From Isoptericola halotolerans (GTDB lineage: Bacteria; Actinomycetota; Actinomycetes; Actinomycetales; Cellulomonadaceae): a DNA stretch of 64,000 nt. The notes under the pieces are model-generated. The model saw only the letters and a program-made list of their open reading frames with translations, was not told the DNA's origin and did not search any database. Numbering within the stretch: the stretch's first letter is position 1; every line of letters begins with the position of its first letter. Where the stretch lies: NCBI RefSeq assembly GCF_013149785.1, contig NZ_JABEZU010000004.1:1-64000 (forward strand), given 5' to 3'. A program made the translations under genes and the position numbers. Of the stretch, positions 52,321 to 62,353 are shown piece after piece.

Positions 52321-53973
52321 TCAGCCCTTGCTCAGCGCGCCGTAGCGGAACTTGAACGAGCCGTCGAGGGTGTCCTCGGCCCCGGAGACGTCCAGCCCGG
52401 TGACCGCGACCTGCGCACCCTGCATGTACGGGATGGTCGACAGGTCGGCCGCGACGAGGTCCTGGATCTCCTCGAGCAGCGCGGTGCGCGCGTCCGGGTC
52501 GGTCTCGGTGGCCTGGGCGAGCAGCTTCTCGTCCACCTCAGGCTTCGAGTAGTGGTTGGCGAGGAAGTTGTCGGTCAGGAAGAACGGCGACAGGTAGTTC
52601 TCCGCGTCCGAGTAGTCCGGGAACCAGCCGAGCTGGAAGATCGGGTAGGCGTCCGCCGAGAAGTCCGAGGCGTAGGTGACCCACTCGGTGGACTGCAGGT
52701 CCACCTCGAACAGCCCGTCGGCCTGCAGCGCCTCCTGGATCACGGCGTACTCGTCACCCGACGACGGGCCGTACCGCTCGGCCACGTACTGGATGCTGAG
52801 GTCGACCGGGGTCTCGACGCCCGCGGCGTCGAGCACGTCGGCGGCCGCGGCCGCGTCGGGGGCCCCGGCGCCGTCGCCGTACATCTCCTTGAGGGACTCG
52901 GTCGCGCCGGTCACGCCCTCGGGGACGTAGGAGTACAGCGGCGTGAAGGTCCCCTTGTAGACGTCCTCGGAGATCGCGTCGCGGTCGATGAGGTGCGCCA
53001 CCGCCTGCCGGACGGCGAGCGCCTTGTCCTCGTCGGCGTCGTCGGTCGTGGCACCGAAGGGCATGGTGTCGAAGTTGAAGACGAGGTAGCGGATCTCGCC
53101 GCCGGGCCCGTCGACGACCTGGACGGTGTCCTTGCCGCGCAGGTCCTCGACGTCCGTCGCGGACAGCGTGCGGAAGGCGACGTCGATGTTGCCCTGCTCC
53201 ACGTCCAGCTTGAGGTTGGAGGAGTCGGTGTAGTAGCGGACGTTCACCGTCTCGGTGCGCGGCGCCTCGAGCACGCCGGCGTAGTCCGGGTTGGCCTGGT
53301 ACTGGATCAGGTCGTTGATCGAGTACTGCGTGATCGTGTACTGCCCGGCGAAGGCGTTGCCGTCCACGATGTCCGAGTCCGCGGTGACGTCGTCGGCCGA
53401 GAACACCTCCTCGTCGACGATGACGCCGGCGGGCGAGGACAGGATCTGCGGGAAGATCTGGTCGTTCTCCTCCAGCAGGTTGAAGACGACGGTGCGGTCG
53501 TCGACGGCCTCGACGGAGTCGAGGTTGTACAGCAGGCTCGACGGACCGTCCGGGTGGGCGATCTCGACCTGGCGGTCGAAGGAGAACTTCACGTCGGAGG
53601 CCGTGAGGTCGTTGCCGTTGGCGAACGTCAGGCCCTCCTTCAGCACGACGGTGTACTCGGTCGGCGCGGTGAACTCCGCGGACTCGGCGATGTCGGGCTC
53701 GACGTCGGAGGTCCCGTAGGGAGAGTTGAGGAGGAACGGGTAGACCTGGTTCATCACGGCGAACGACCCGTTGTCGTACGAGCCGGCCGGGTCGATCGAG
53801 GTGATCTGCTCGGTGGTGCCGACGGTGACCGAGCCGGCGTCACCGCCCCCACCGCCGTTGCCCGAGCCGTTCTCCGAGCTGCCGGACCCGCCGGAGCAGG
53901 CCGTCAGCACGAGCGCGAGGCCCGCCGTCGATGCGACGGCCGCGAGCCGTCGGGAGGAGCGATTCGTCCTCAT
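52321..53973 (-). CDS. Peptide ABC substrate-binding lipoprotein (SBP family 5)
   Basis: Lipobox LTAC, LTASDVKFSFDR, GWFPDY. Confidence 0.9.
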   Translation of the reverse strand: MRTNRSSRRLAAVASTAGLALVLTACSGGSGSSENGSGNGGGGGDAGSVTVGTTEQITSIDPAGSYDNGSFAVMNQVYPFLLNSPYGTSDVEPDIAESAEFTAPTEYTVVLKEGLTFANGNDLTASDVKFSFDRQVEIAHPDGPSSLLYNLDSVEAVDDRTVVFNLLEENDQIFPQILSSPAGVIVDEEVFSADDVTADSDIVDGNAFAGQYTITQYSINDLIQYQANPDYAGVLEAPRTETVNVRYYTDSSNLKLDVEQGNIDVAFRTLSATDVEDLRGKDTVQVVDGPGGEIRYLVFNFDTMPFGATTDDADEDKALAVRQAVAHLIDRDAISEDVYKGTFTPLYSYVPEGVTGATESLKEMYGDGAGAPDAAAAADVLDAAGVETPVDLSIQYVAERYGPSSGDEYAVIQEALQADGLFEVDLQSTEWVTYASDFSADAYPIFQLGWFPDYSDAENYLSPFFLTDNFLANHYSKPEVDEKLLAQATETDPDARTALLEEIQDLVAADLSTIPYMQGAQVAVTGLDVSGAEDTLDGSFKFRYGALSKG

Positions 53974-54196
53974 GGTGGTTCCCTTCTCGATTCGGCCAGC
54001 GGGTCGACCCCGGCCTGTCCACAGTGTGGACGTTTCTAGCACGGCAATAAGTCGCCCAGATCACATATCGACGTACCGGGCGAGACCGTGACCGCATCGT
54101 GACGTCAGCCACACCCCCTGGCCCCGAGGGTGGCGGCGTCCGGCACCCGAGCGTTTCGACCGGCTCAGCGAGGCTCCGCGACCTAGACTCGCGAGC

Positions 54197-56974
54197 ATGT
54201 CCCGAGCGCGAGAGGAGGCCCCTGCGGGTCACGGCGCACCACGCCCCGTGGTGCACGAGGTCGGCACCTTCGCCGCGGACGAGCCGAACCCGCCGACCGG
54301 TGCCCTGCGGGCCCTGTTCTCCGTCGAGAGCGCGACCGACCGCGACGCCGGGCTCGTCCGCGTCGTCGACAACCCCGAGCAACGGGTCCGCAACCCCTCC
54401 GACCTGCTCGGACTCGTGCTCAGCGCGCTCGGTGTCGCCCTGGTGCTGGTGCTCTCGGTGGTCGCGCACGGCACCACCGAAGGGGTCACGCAGGACGTGC
54501 GCGCCTTCAACACGCTGCTCGGCGAGCTGCTCGTCTTCCCCGTGGCGGTGCTCGAGGGTCTCGTCACCCTCATCGTGCCGGTCGCGGTGCTCCTCGAGCT
54601 CGGCATGCGGCGGCTCGGTCGGCAGGTCGTCGAGTCGATCCTGGCGGCGATGCTCGGGCTCGTCCTCGGCGTGGCGGCCCTCCTGACCCTCTCCTGGCTC
54701 GGTAGCGACGAGCTCGTCCGCACCCTCTCCGTCTTCCGCGACGGGTCGTGGACGATCACGATCCCGGGCTACGTGGCCGCCATCGCCGGCCTGCTCACCA
54801 CCGCCGGGCCGCGCACCCGCCGTCGGACGGTCCGCTGGTCCTGGAACCTGCTCTACGTGGCCCTCGTCGTCGCCCTCATCACCGGGCAGGCGGCGCTGCC
54901 GGGCGTGCTCGTGGCCCTCCTCCTGGGCCGTATCGCCGGCCAGACCGTCCAGTACGCCTCCGGCGTGCGCTCGGAACGCGCCTACGGCGGCGACCTCGTC
55001 ACCGCGGTCCGGCACGCCGGCTTCCGTCCCACGGCCCTCGTCCGGGTCCGGGGAGTCTCCGCACAGGTCGACGACGACGGCACCGGCGACGGCACGAGCG
55101 TGCCGGACACCCGTGGCGGGTCGCTGCCCGACGACACCGTCACCCACGTCGACGCCGCCGGCGAGGTCACCGGGCGCACCACGCTGCGGGCGATGCTGCG
55201 CCACCGGTCGCGACCCGGCTCGCGGGGAGGCTGGCGCAACGACCCGGAGCTCCCCTCGTCGGGCGCCCTGGCCGACCCCGCCACCGTCGCGCTCACCCGC
55301 GCCGGCGACACGCGGGTCTACGCCATGTTCGCGCCCGGCGCCGACCGCCGCGACGTCGTCGTCCTCGACGGCGACCGGCACGTGGTGGGGATGCTGACCC
55401 GTGCCTGGCGGGCGCTGCGGCTGCGAGGGCTGGAGGGCCGCGCCCAGGTGTCGCTGAAGGCCGTGGCCGAGCGCACCGCGCTGCTGACCTACGCGGCGAC
55501 CGCCGCCGGCGTGCGCACGCCCCGCCTGCTGGGCGTCGGGGAGGCCGCCGACTCGATCGTCCTCGTCACCGAGCACGCCGAGGGCGCCGTCTCCTGGCGC
55601 GACCTGACCGACGAGGACCTCGAGGGCCCCGCCGGCGACGAGGTCCTCGCCGCGGCCTGGGAACAGCTCCGCCGCGCCCACACCGCCGGGCTCACGCACC
55701 ACGCGCTCACCCCCGACGTGCTGCTGGTGGGACGGGCCGACGACGGGACCGTGCAGGTCTGGCTCACCGGCTGGGAGCAGGGCGAGATCGCCTCCACCGC
55801 GCTGGGTCGTCGCCTGGACCTCACCCAGATGCTCGCCCTGCTCGCGCTGCACGTCGGACCCGCCCGCGCCGTGGCCTCCGCGGTGCGCGCGCTGCCCGAC
55901 GCCGACGTGACCGCCGTCGGACCGTTGCTGCAGTCCGTCGCCCTGCCGCCGCCCACCCGGGTGGCCGTCCGCCAGCACAAGGGGCTGCTGGACGCGCTGC
56001 GCCAGGCGCTCGTCGAGCGCCTCCCCCAGGTCGACGTCCAGCCGCAGAACATCACGCGGTTCGGGACCCGCACGGTCGTGATGGTCACCCTGTTCCTCGT
56101 GGTGATCACCGCGCTGGTCACCACGATGAACCTCGACGAGATCACCGAGGCCGTCGGCCAGGCGAACCCGTGGTGGATCGTGGTGGCGTTCTGCCTCGGT
56201 GCGGTGACCTGGTTCGGTGCGGCGCTGACGTTCGTGGCGTTCTCACCGAAGCGGCTTCCGCTGTGGCGGGCGACGCTGACGCAGATGGCGGGCTCGTTCG
56301 TCGCGCTCGCCGCGCCCGCGGGGATCGGTCCCGCGGCGCTGAACCTGCGGATGCTCACGCGGCGCGGGGTCGCGGTGCCGATGGCGGTGGCGACCGTGGC
56401 CCTGGTCCAGGCGTCGCAGTTCGTGGTGACCGTCGTCCTGCTCGTGGTGCTGTCGATCTTCACCGGGTCGGGCGGTCTCATCGAGCTGCCGTCGATCACC
56501 GTGCTGCTCGCCATCGCCGGGGTCGCCGTGGCCGTGGTGACGACCCTGCTGATCCCGGCGGCCCGGCGATGGGCGTGGGAGAAGACCCGCCCGACCCTGG
56601 AACAGGTGTGGCCCCGTCTGTCGCAGATGCTCGGTCAGCCGCAGCGGCTGGTCCTCGGCGTCGGCGGCAACCTCATCATGTCGCTCGGCTACGTGCTGGC
56701 CTTCGACGCGGCGCTGGCGGCGTTCGGCCAGTCCCTGCGCCTCATCGACGTCGCGGTCATCTACCTGGTCGGCAACGCCCTCGGTGCGCTCGTGCCCACG
56801 CCCGGCGGTCTCGGTGGGGTCGAGGCGGCACTCACCGCGGGCCTGACGGCGGCCGGCGTCCCGGCGTCGATCGCGCTGTCCACGACGATCCTGTTCCGGC
56901 TCGTCACGTACTGGGGCCGCGTGCCCTTCGGATGGGTGGCGATGCGCTACCTGGAGCGCAAGGGCGACCTCTGA
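54197..56974 (+). CDS. Membrane protein: TM region + kinase-like domain + lysylphosphatidylglycerol-synthase-type (flippase-like) TM domain
   Basis: C-terminal PTPGGLGGVEAAL and FRLVTYW; central kinase-like HHALTPDVLLV. Confidence 0.8.
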   Translation: MSRAREEAPAGHGAPRPVVHEVGTFAADEPNPPTGALRALFSVESATDRDAGLVRVVDNPEQRVRNPSDLLGLVLSALGVALVLVLSVVAHGTTEGVTQDVRAFNTLLGELLVFPVAVLEGLVTLIVPVAVLLELGMRRLGRQVVESILAAMLGLVLGVAALLTLSWLGSDELVRTLSVFRDGSWTITIPGYVAAIAGLLTTAGPRTRRRTVRWSWNLLYVALVVALITGQAALPGVLVALLLGRIAGQTVQYASGVRSERAYGGDLVTAVRHAGFRPTALVRVRGVSAQVDDDGTGDGTSVPDTRGGSLPDDTVTHVDAAGEVTGRTTLRAMLRHRSRPGSRGGWRNDPELPSSGALADPATVALTRAGDTRVYAMFAPGADRRDVVVLDGDRHVVGMLTRAWRALRLRGLEGRAQVSLKAVAERTALLTYAATAAGVRTPRLLGVGEAADSIVLVTEHAEGAVSWRDLTDEDLEGPAGDEVLAAAWEQLRRAHTAGLTHHALTPDVLLVGRADDGTVQVWLTGWEQGEIASTALGRRLDLTQMLALLALHVGPARAVASAVRALPDADVTAVGPLLQSVALPPPTRVAVRQHKGLLDALRQALVERLPQVDVQPQNITRFGTRTVVMVTLFLVVITALVTTMNLDEITEAVGQANPWWIVVAFCLGAVTWFGAALTFVAFSPKRLPLWRATLTQMAGSFVALAAPAGIGPAALNLRMLTRRGVAVPMAVATVALVQASQFVVTVVLLVVLSIFTGSGGLIELPSITVLLAIAGVAVAVVTTLLIPAARRWAWEKTRPTLEQVWPRLSQMLGQPQRLVLGVGGNLIMSLGYVLAFDAALAAFGQSLRLIDVAVIYLVGNALGALVPTPGGLGGVEAALTAGLTAAGVPASIALSTTILFRLVTYWGRVPFGWVAMRYLERKGDL

Positions 56975-56985
56975 CCGGGTAGAGA

Positions 56986-57027
56986 CGCGAGGGCCCGCCG
57001 TCCGACAGCGGACGACGGGCCCTCGCG
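56986..57027. terminator. Hairpin terminator between convergent genes
   Basis: cgcgagggcccgccgtc...gacgacgggccctcgcg. Confidence 0.6.
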
Positions 57028-57051
57028 GCGCTGACCGAGGTCAGCGGGACG

Positions 57052-57333
57052 TCACTTGGCGACGGCCTTCTTCAGCAGCGAGCCGGCGCTGATCTTCACG
57101 CCGTAGCCCGCCGGGATCTGGATCTCCTCGCCGGTGCGCGGGTTGCGACCGGTACGGGCGGCACGCTCGACGCGCTCCACCGACAGCAGGCCCGTGAGCT
57201 TCACGGCCTCGCCCTTGCCGAGCGACTCGATCAGCACCTCCTGCAGGGCGTTGAGGGCGGCCTCGGCGTCCGACTTGGTCAGGTCGGCCTTGGCGGCGAT
57301 GGCCGAGGCGAGCTCGGACTTGTTCAGCGACAT
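57052..57333 (-). CDS. hup: HU DNA-binding protein
   Basis: NKSEL, ARTGRNPRTGEEIQI. Confidence 0.93.
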   Translation of the reverse strand: MSLNKSELASAIAAKADLTKSDAEAALNALQEVLIESLGKGEAVKLTGLLSVERVERAARTGRNPRTGEEIQIPAGYGVKISAGSLLKKAVAK

Positions 57334-57496
57334 GTGAATCCCTTCTCCGGATCACGACGTACGAGAACCGCACGTCGTCACGTTCTCGGTCGGTCCGGCG
57401 CGAACCGGTGGACCGGGAACACACTAAGGAACATCCGCAGGTTCCTGCGACTTTTGCGCCCTTCGGCGTGGCTCGCAGGACGTTGCGGACGGCCGG

Positions 57497-58234
57497 TCAG
57501 GCCTGCGGACCGTCCCGCAGGCCCTGCCCGGTGGTCTCGTGCAGGCGACGGCGCGACCGCACCACCAGCATCGCGGCGACGCCGATCAGCGCCACCAGAG
57601 CGGCACCGTAGACCAGGGGCATCGCCCCGGTCGAACCGTCGGTGGCGTCGGCGGCGGGCGTGACCTGCTCGGAGACGGTCTGCTCCGGCGCGGGCTGCCC
57701 GAGCGCCTCGGCGGAGGCGGCGTCGCCGGGCTCGGGCTCCTCGGGAGCGACGTCGGGCTGCGCCGCGACGACGTAGGAGTAGTCCCCCTCCACGGGGTGC
57801 CCGTCGGAGGAGACGACGCGCCACAGCACCTGGTGGTCCCCACCGACGGCCGGGGCGTCGAAGGTCGCGGTGACCTGCTCGCCGTCGACGGCGACGTCGG
57901 CCTCGACCTCGCCGTCGGGCGTGACCACCCGCACCTGCGTACCATCCGCGATGATCTCGGCGCTGAACGTGAGCGTCAGCGAGCCGACCGGGGCGTCGAG
58001 CTCGTCACCGTCGGCAGGATCGGAGGAGACGAGCTGGTCGTGCGCACCGGCCGACGACGCCCCGAGGACGGTCACCGCGGTGCCACCGACCACCGTCAGC
58101 AGCATCGCGAGCGCCACGATCGCCGCCACCACCCGGCCACGGTTCTTGCGCACCGGGGTCCAGTCGGGGCCGGACGGCCGGCGCGCGGCCGAGGGTCGGG
58201 GAGCAGGCTCGGAGCCCGCGGGTTTCTGCGCCAC
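57497..58234 (-). CDS. copC: CopC-family copper resistance protein with C-terminal anchor
   Basis: AH-DQLVSSDP, WRVVSSDGH. Confidence 0.85.
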   Translation of the reverse strand: MAQKPAGSEPAPRPSAARRPSGPDWTPVRKNRGRVVAAIVALAMLLTVVGGTAVTVLGASSAGAHDQLVSSDPADGDELDAPVGSLTLTFSAEIIADGTQVRVVTPDGEVEADVAVDGEQVTATFDAPAVGGDHQVLWRVVSSDGHPVEGDYSYVVAAQPDVAPEEPEPGDAASAEALGQPAPEQTVSEQVTPAADATDGSTGAMPLVYGAALVALIGVAAMLVVRSRRRLHETTGQGLRDGPQA

Positions 58235-58304
58235 GGTGCGACCATAGCCGGGCGTGGCGGTCGGTCGCGAACCTCCGTGGCGCGAGATCAGGCACACTCG
58301 AGGG

Positions 58305-60353
58305 GTGGACTTCCGCAACGCCTACGCCCACGGCTTCGCCCGCGTCGCCGCCTGCACCGTGCCCGTGACGGTCGCCGACCCCGCCGCGAACGCCTCGGTG
58401 ATCCTCGCCGAGGCGCGCGCCTGCCACGACGACGGAGTCGCCGTGGCGGTCTTCCCCGAGCTCTCCGTGTCGGGGTACGCGCTGGACGACCTGCACCTCG
58501 CCGACACCCTGCTGGAGGCCGTGGCGGACGCGCTCGAGCAGATCGTCGAGGCGAGCGCGGACCTGCGCCCGCTGCTCGTGGTGGGCGCCCCCGTGGAGGT
58601 GGACGGGCGCGTGCTCAACTGCGCCGTCGTCATCCAGGGCGGTCGCGTGCTGGGCGTCGCCCCGAAGTCCTACCTGCCCACGTACCGCGAGTTCTACGAG
58701 CACCGCTGGTTCGCCCCGGGCGCCGACCGGCGCGGCGGCACCCTCCGGCTGCCCTTCGCCGACGACGACGTCCCGTTCGGCCCCGACCTGCTGTTCCGCG
58801 CCGCGGACGTCGCCGGGCTGACCGTGCACGTCGAGGTCTGCGAGGACATGTGGGTCCCCGTGCCGCCGTCGGCCGAGGCGGCGCTGGCGGGCGCCACCGT
58901 GCTCCTCAACCTCTCGGCGAGCCCCATCACGATCGCGCGGGCCGAGGACCGCCGGCTCATGGTGCGCTCCGCGTCGTCACGCTGCCTGGCCGCCTACGTC
59001 TACGCCGCCGCCGCGCAGGGCGAGTCGACCACGGACCTGTCCTGGGACGGGCAGACGATGGTCTACGAGGCCGGTGACCTGCTGGCCGAGACCGAGCGCT
59101 TCCCCGACGGGCCCCGCCGCGCCGTCGCCGACGTCGACCTCGACCGGCTGCGCCAGGACCGGCTGCGCCAGGGCACCTTCGACGACAACCGGCGCGGTCT
59201 GGGCGAGCGGACCGCCGGGTTCCGTACCGTCGAGTGGTCGGTCCGGCCGCCGTCGGGCGACCTCGGGCTGCGCCGCGCGGTGGACCGCTTTCCGTTCGTG
59301 CCCGACGACGCCGCGCGCCTCGCGCTCGACTGCTACGAGGCCTACAACATCCAGGTGACCGGCCTGGAGAAGCGCCTGGTGTCGATCGGGCGGCCGAAGG
59401 TGATCGTCGGGGTCAGCGGCGGGCTCGACTCCACCCACGCGCTCGTCGTCGCGGCCCGGGCGATGGACCGCCTGGGCCGGCCCCGCACCGACGTCCACGC
59501 GATCACCATGCCCGGCTTCGCGACGTCGTCGGAGACGAAGGAGCGCGCCACCCGGCTGGCGACCTCGCTCGGGGTGCGGTTCGAGGAGCTCGACATCCGC
59601 CCGGCGGCCACCCAGATGCTGAAGGACCTCGACCACCCGGCCGGGGACGGCGAGCCCGTCTACGACGTGACGTTCGAGAACGTGCAGGCCGGCCTGCGCA
59701 CCGACTACCTGTTCCGGCTCGCCAACCACCGCGGCGGCATCGTCCTGGGCACCGGCGACCTCTCGGAGCTCGCGCTCGGCTGGTGCACGTACGGCGTCGG
59801 CGACCAGATGTCGCACTACGCGGTCAACACCGGCGTGCCCAAGACGCTCATCCAGCACCTCATCCGCTGGGTGGCCGACTCCGAGGACTTCGGCACGGAC
59901 ACCGCCGACGTGCTGCGCGAGATCGTGGTGCAGGAGATCAGCCCCGAGCTCGTGCCCGTCGCGGCCGGCGAGGCCCCGCAGTCCACCGAGGCGTCCGTGG
60001 GCCCCTACGCCCTGCAGGACTTCACGCTGTACTGGACGCTGCGCCACGGGCTGCGGCCCAGCAAGATCGCCTTCCTCACCTGGCACGCCTGGCGGGACGC
60101 GGCGGTGGGCGCCTGGCCTCCGAACTACCCCCACGACGAACGGTCCACCTACGACCTCGCGACGATCCGCCGCTGGATGCTGGTGTTCTTCCAGCGGTTC
60201 TTCGGCTCGCAGTTCAAGCGGTCGGCGCTGCCCAACGGGCCGAAGGTCTCCCCCGGCGGCACGATGTCGCCGCGCGGCGACTGGCGGATGCCCTCGGACG
60301 CGTCGGCGGCGGCCTGGTTGCGCGAGATCGAGGAGAACGTCCCGGAGGAGTGA
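58305..60353 (+). CDS. nadE: Glutamine-dependent NAD+ synthetase
   Basis: Nitrilase triad (PEL, PKSY, VCED), SGGLDS, ENVQAGLR, QFKRS. Confidence 0.95.
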   Translation: MDFRNAYAHGFARVAACTVPVTVADPAANASVILAEARACHDDGVAVAVFPELSVSGYALDDLHLADTLLEAVADALEQIVEASADLRPLLVVGAPVEVDGRVLNCAVVIQGGRVLGVAPKSYLPTYREFYEHRWFAPGADRRGGTLRLPFADDDVPFGPDLLFRAADVAGLTVHVEVCEDMWVPVPPSAEAALAGATVLLNLSASPITIARAEDRRLMVRSASSRCLAAYVYAAAAQGESTTDLSWDGQTMVYEAGDLLAETERFPDGPRRAVADVDLDRLRQDRLRQGTFDDNRRGLGERTAGFRTVEWSVRPPSGDLGLRRAVDRFPFVPDDAARLALDCYEAYNIQVTGLEKRLVSIGRPKVIVGVSGGLDSTHALVVAARAMDRLGRPRTDVHAITMPGFATSSETKERATRLATSLGVRFEELDIRPAATQMLKDLDHPAGDGEPVYDVTFENVQAGLRTDYLFRLANHRGGIVLGTGDLSELALGWCTYGVGDQMSHYAVNTGVPKTLIQHLIRWVADSEDFGTDTADVLREIVVQEISPELVPVAAGEAPQSTEASVGPYALQDFTLYWTLRHGLRPSKIAFLTWHAWRDAAVGAWPPNYPHDERSTYDLATIRRWMLVFFQRFFGSQFKRSALPNGPKVSPGGTMSPRGDWRMPSDASAAAWLREIEENVPEE

Positions 60354-60379
60354 GGCTCGGGGAGGCATCATGGCGTGTC

Positions 60380-61651
60380 ATGACCTCCACCACGCGGCCC
60401 GGCACCCCGGGCACCACCCGCAGCTCCGTCGCCGTCACCAACGGGTACGTCGTCCCCGTCGTCGGCGACCCGATCGACGGCGGGACCGTCCTGATCACCG
60501 ACGGCGTCATCACCGCCGTCGGTGCGGACGTGGCCGTCCCCGACGGCGTGCGCACCCTCGACGCCGAGGGCCGCTGGGTGCTGCCCGGCTTCGTCGAGTC
60601 GCACGGCCACGTCGGCATCCACGAGGAGTCCGACGGCTGGGCCGGCGACGACACCAACGAGATGACCGACCCCAACGGTGCGGCCCTGCGGGCCCTGGAC
60701 GCGATCAACGTGGAGGACGAGGGCTTCCGCGACGCGCTCGGCGGCGGTGTGACCTCGGTGGTCGTCAAGCCGGGCTCCGGCAACCCGATCGGTGGGCAGA
60801 CGGTCGCGATCAAGACCTGGGGCGGGCGCACGGTCGACGAGCAGCTCCTCGCCGAGGCCGTCTCCGTGAAGTCCGCGCTCGGTGAGAACCCCAAGCGCGT
60901 CTACGGCGACAAGAAGCAGCTGCCGTCGACCCGGCTCGGGGTCGCCGCCGTCATCCGCACGGCGTTCGTCGAGGCCCAGCACTACGCGGCGGCCCGCGCC
61001 GCCGCCGCGACCCAGGGCGAGCCGTTCGCCCGCGACCTCGGCAAGGAGACGCTGGCGCGCGTGCTCGACGGCGAGCTCGTCTGGGACCAGCACGTCCACC
61101 GCGCGGACGACATCGCCACGGCGCTGCGGCTCGCCGACGAGTTCGGCTACCGGCTGGTGATCAACCACGGCACCGACGGCGCGGCCCTCGCCGACGTCCT
61201 GGCGGAGCGTGACGTCCCGGTCATCTTCGGCCCGATGTTCACCACGCGCACCAAGGTCGAGCTGCGCAACCGGGCGATCTCGAGCCTCGCGAGACTGGCC
61301 GAGGCCGGCGTGCGCGTCGCCATCACCACCGACCACCCCGTGGTCCCGATCCACTTCCTGGTGCACCAGGCGTCGCTGGCCGTCAAGGAGGGCCTCGACC
61401 GCCAGGTGGCGCTGGAGGCCCTGACGGTGAACCCGGCGTCGTTCCTCGGGCTGGGCGACCGCGTGGGAGCGCTGCGGCCGGGCCTGGACGGCGACGTCGT
61501 CGTCTGGTCGGGCGACCCTCTGGACGTCACCTCCCGTGCGGAGCACGTGCTCGTGACCGGCACCGAGGTCTACACGTGGGACGCCGCGGCCGACGGCGGA
61601 CGGGGGGCCGGCCGGGTGGCCGAGCGGGGGGCGCGGTTCGCCGGCGCGTGA
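60380..61651 (+). CDS. Metal-dependent amidohydrolase
   Basis: PGFVESHGH, KSALGENPK, HVHRADD, TTDHP. Confidence 0.9.
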   Translation: MTSTTRPGTPGTTRSSVAVTNGYVVPVVGDPIDGGTVLITDGVITAVGADVAVPDGVRTLDAEGRWVLPGFVESHGHVGIHEESDGWAGDDTNEMTDPNGAALRALDAINVEDEGFRDALGGGVTSVVVKPGSGNPIGGQTVAIKTWGGRTVDEQLLAEAVSVKSALGENPKRVYGDKKQLPSTRLGVAAVIRTAFVEAQHYAAARAAAATQGEPFARDLGKETLARVLDGELVWDQHVHRADDIATALRLADEFGYRLVINHGTDGAALADVLAERDVPVIFGPMFTTRTKVELRNRAISSLARLAEAGVRVAITTDHPVVPIHFLVHQASLAVKEGLDRQVALEALTVNPASFLGLGDRVGALRPGLDGDVVVWSGDPLDVTSRAEHVLVTGTEVYTWDAAADGGRGAGRVAERGARFAGA

Positions 61652-61713
61652 TGCTCGGCACAGTCGCGCACCGCAGTTTGCCTGCTCAGGGCAACCTGTT
61701 GTCGAATCGTTTC

Positions 61714-62154
61714 ATGCGCTCTGCTCTCGCCGCCGTCGCGGCCACCTCCGCCCTGCTGCTCATCGGGGCGTGCGCCGGCCCGGACACCACCGGACCGGAG
61801 GCCGAGGCCTCCCCCACCCCGGAGGCCTCCGCGACGTCGGAGAGCGTCGACGTCCTGACCACGTGCCGCGGCTACTACGACGGCGGCGAGCACTCGATCG
61901 ACCATCGGGTCACGACGTGGGCCTCGGCGGTGGCCGACCCGGCGACCGACGAGAACCTGACGGAGCTCACCATCGTCCGCGACCGCCTCGACGCCCAGAT
62001 CCGCTACGCCGAGACCGGTCCCGCCGCACTCCTGGAGTCTGTGCGGGCGCCGTTCGCCGCCTCCCTGGAGGGCGAGCCCGCGGACCCGGAGAACGTCGTC
62101 GAGGCGACGGACGCGGTCCAGCAGATGTGCACCGACGCGGGCTACCAGCGGTGA
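61714..62154 (+). CDS. Hypothetical lipoprotein (paralog 1)
   Basis: Lipobox IGAC; similar to the neighbouring gene. Confidence 0.8.
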   Translation: MRSALAAVAATSALLLIGACAGPDTTGPEAEASPTPEASATSESVDVLTTCRGYYDGGEHSIDHRVTTWASAVADPATDENLTELTIVRDRLDAQIRYAETGPAALLESVRAPFAASLEGEPADPENVVEATDAVQQMCTDAGYQR

Positions 62155-62157
62155 GCC

Positions 62158-62225
62158 TCTGTCCGGCACTTCGTGATCTGACCGGCAGTTCGAACTGCCG
62201 GTCAGATCACGAAGTGCCGGACAGA
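62158..62225. repeat. 68-bp perfect palindrome with no spacer
   Basis: 62158-62191 is the exact reverse complement of 62192-62225. Confidence 0.9.
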
Positions 62226-62353
62226 TCGACCCGCGGCCCCGGCCCCGGCGTCGCGCCCGCCCCCACGCGCGTCCGCTCCACCGGAGCGTGACGCTCAGCA
62301 CTTACCTCGTCCAGGGCTTGCCTGCACGACGCCCCAGCCTGTCGAATCGGCCC

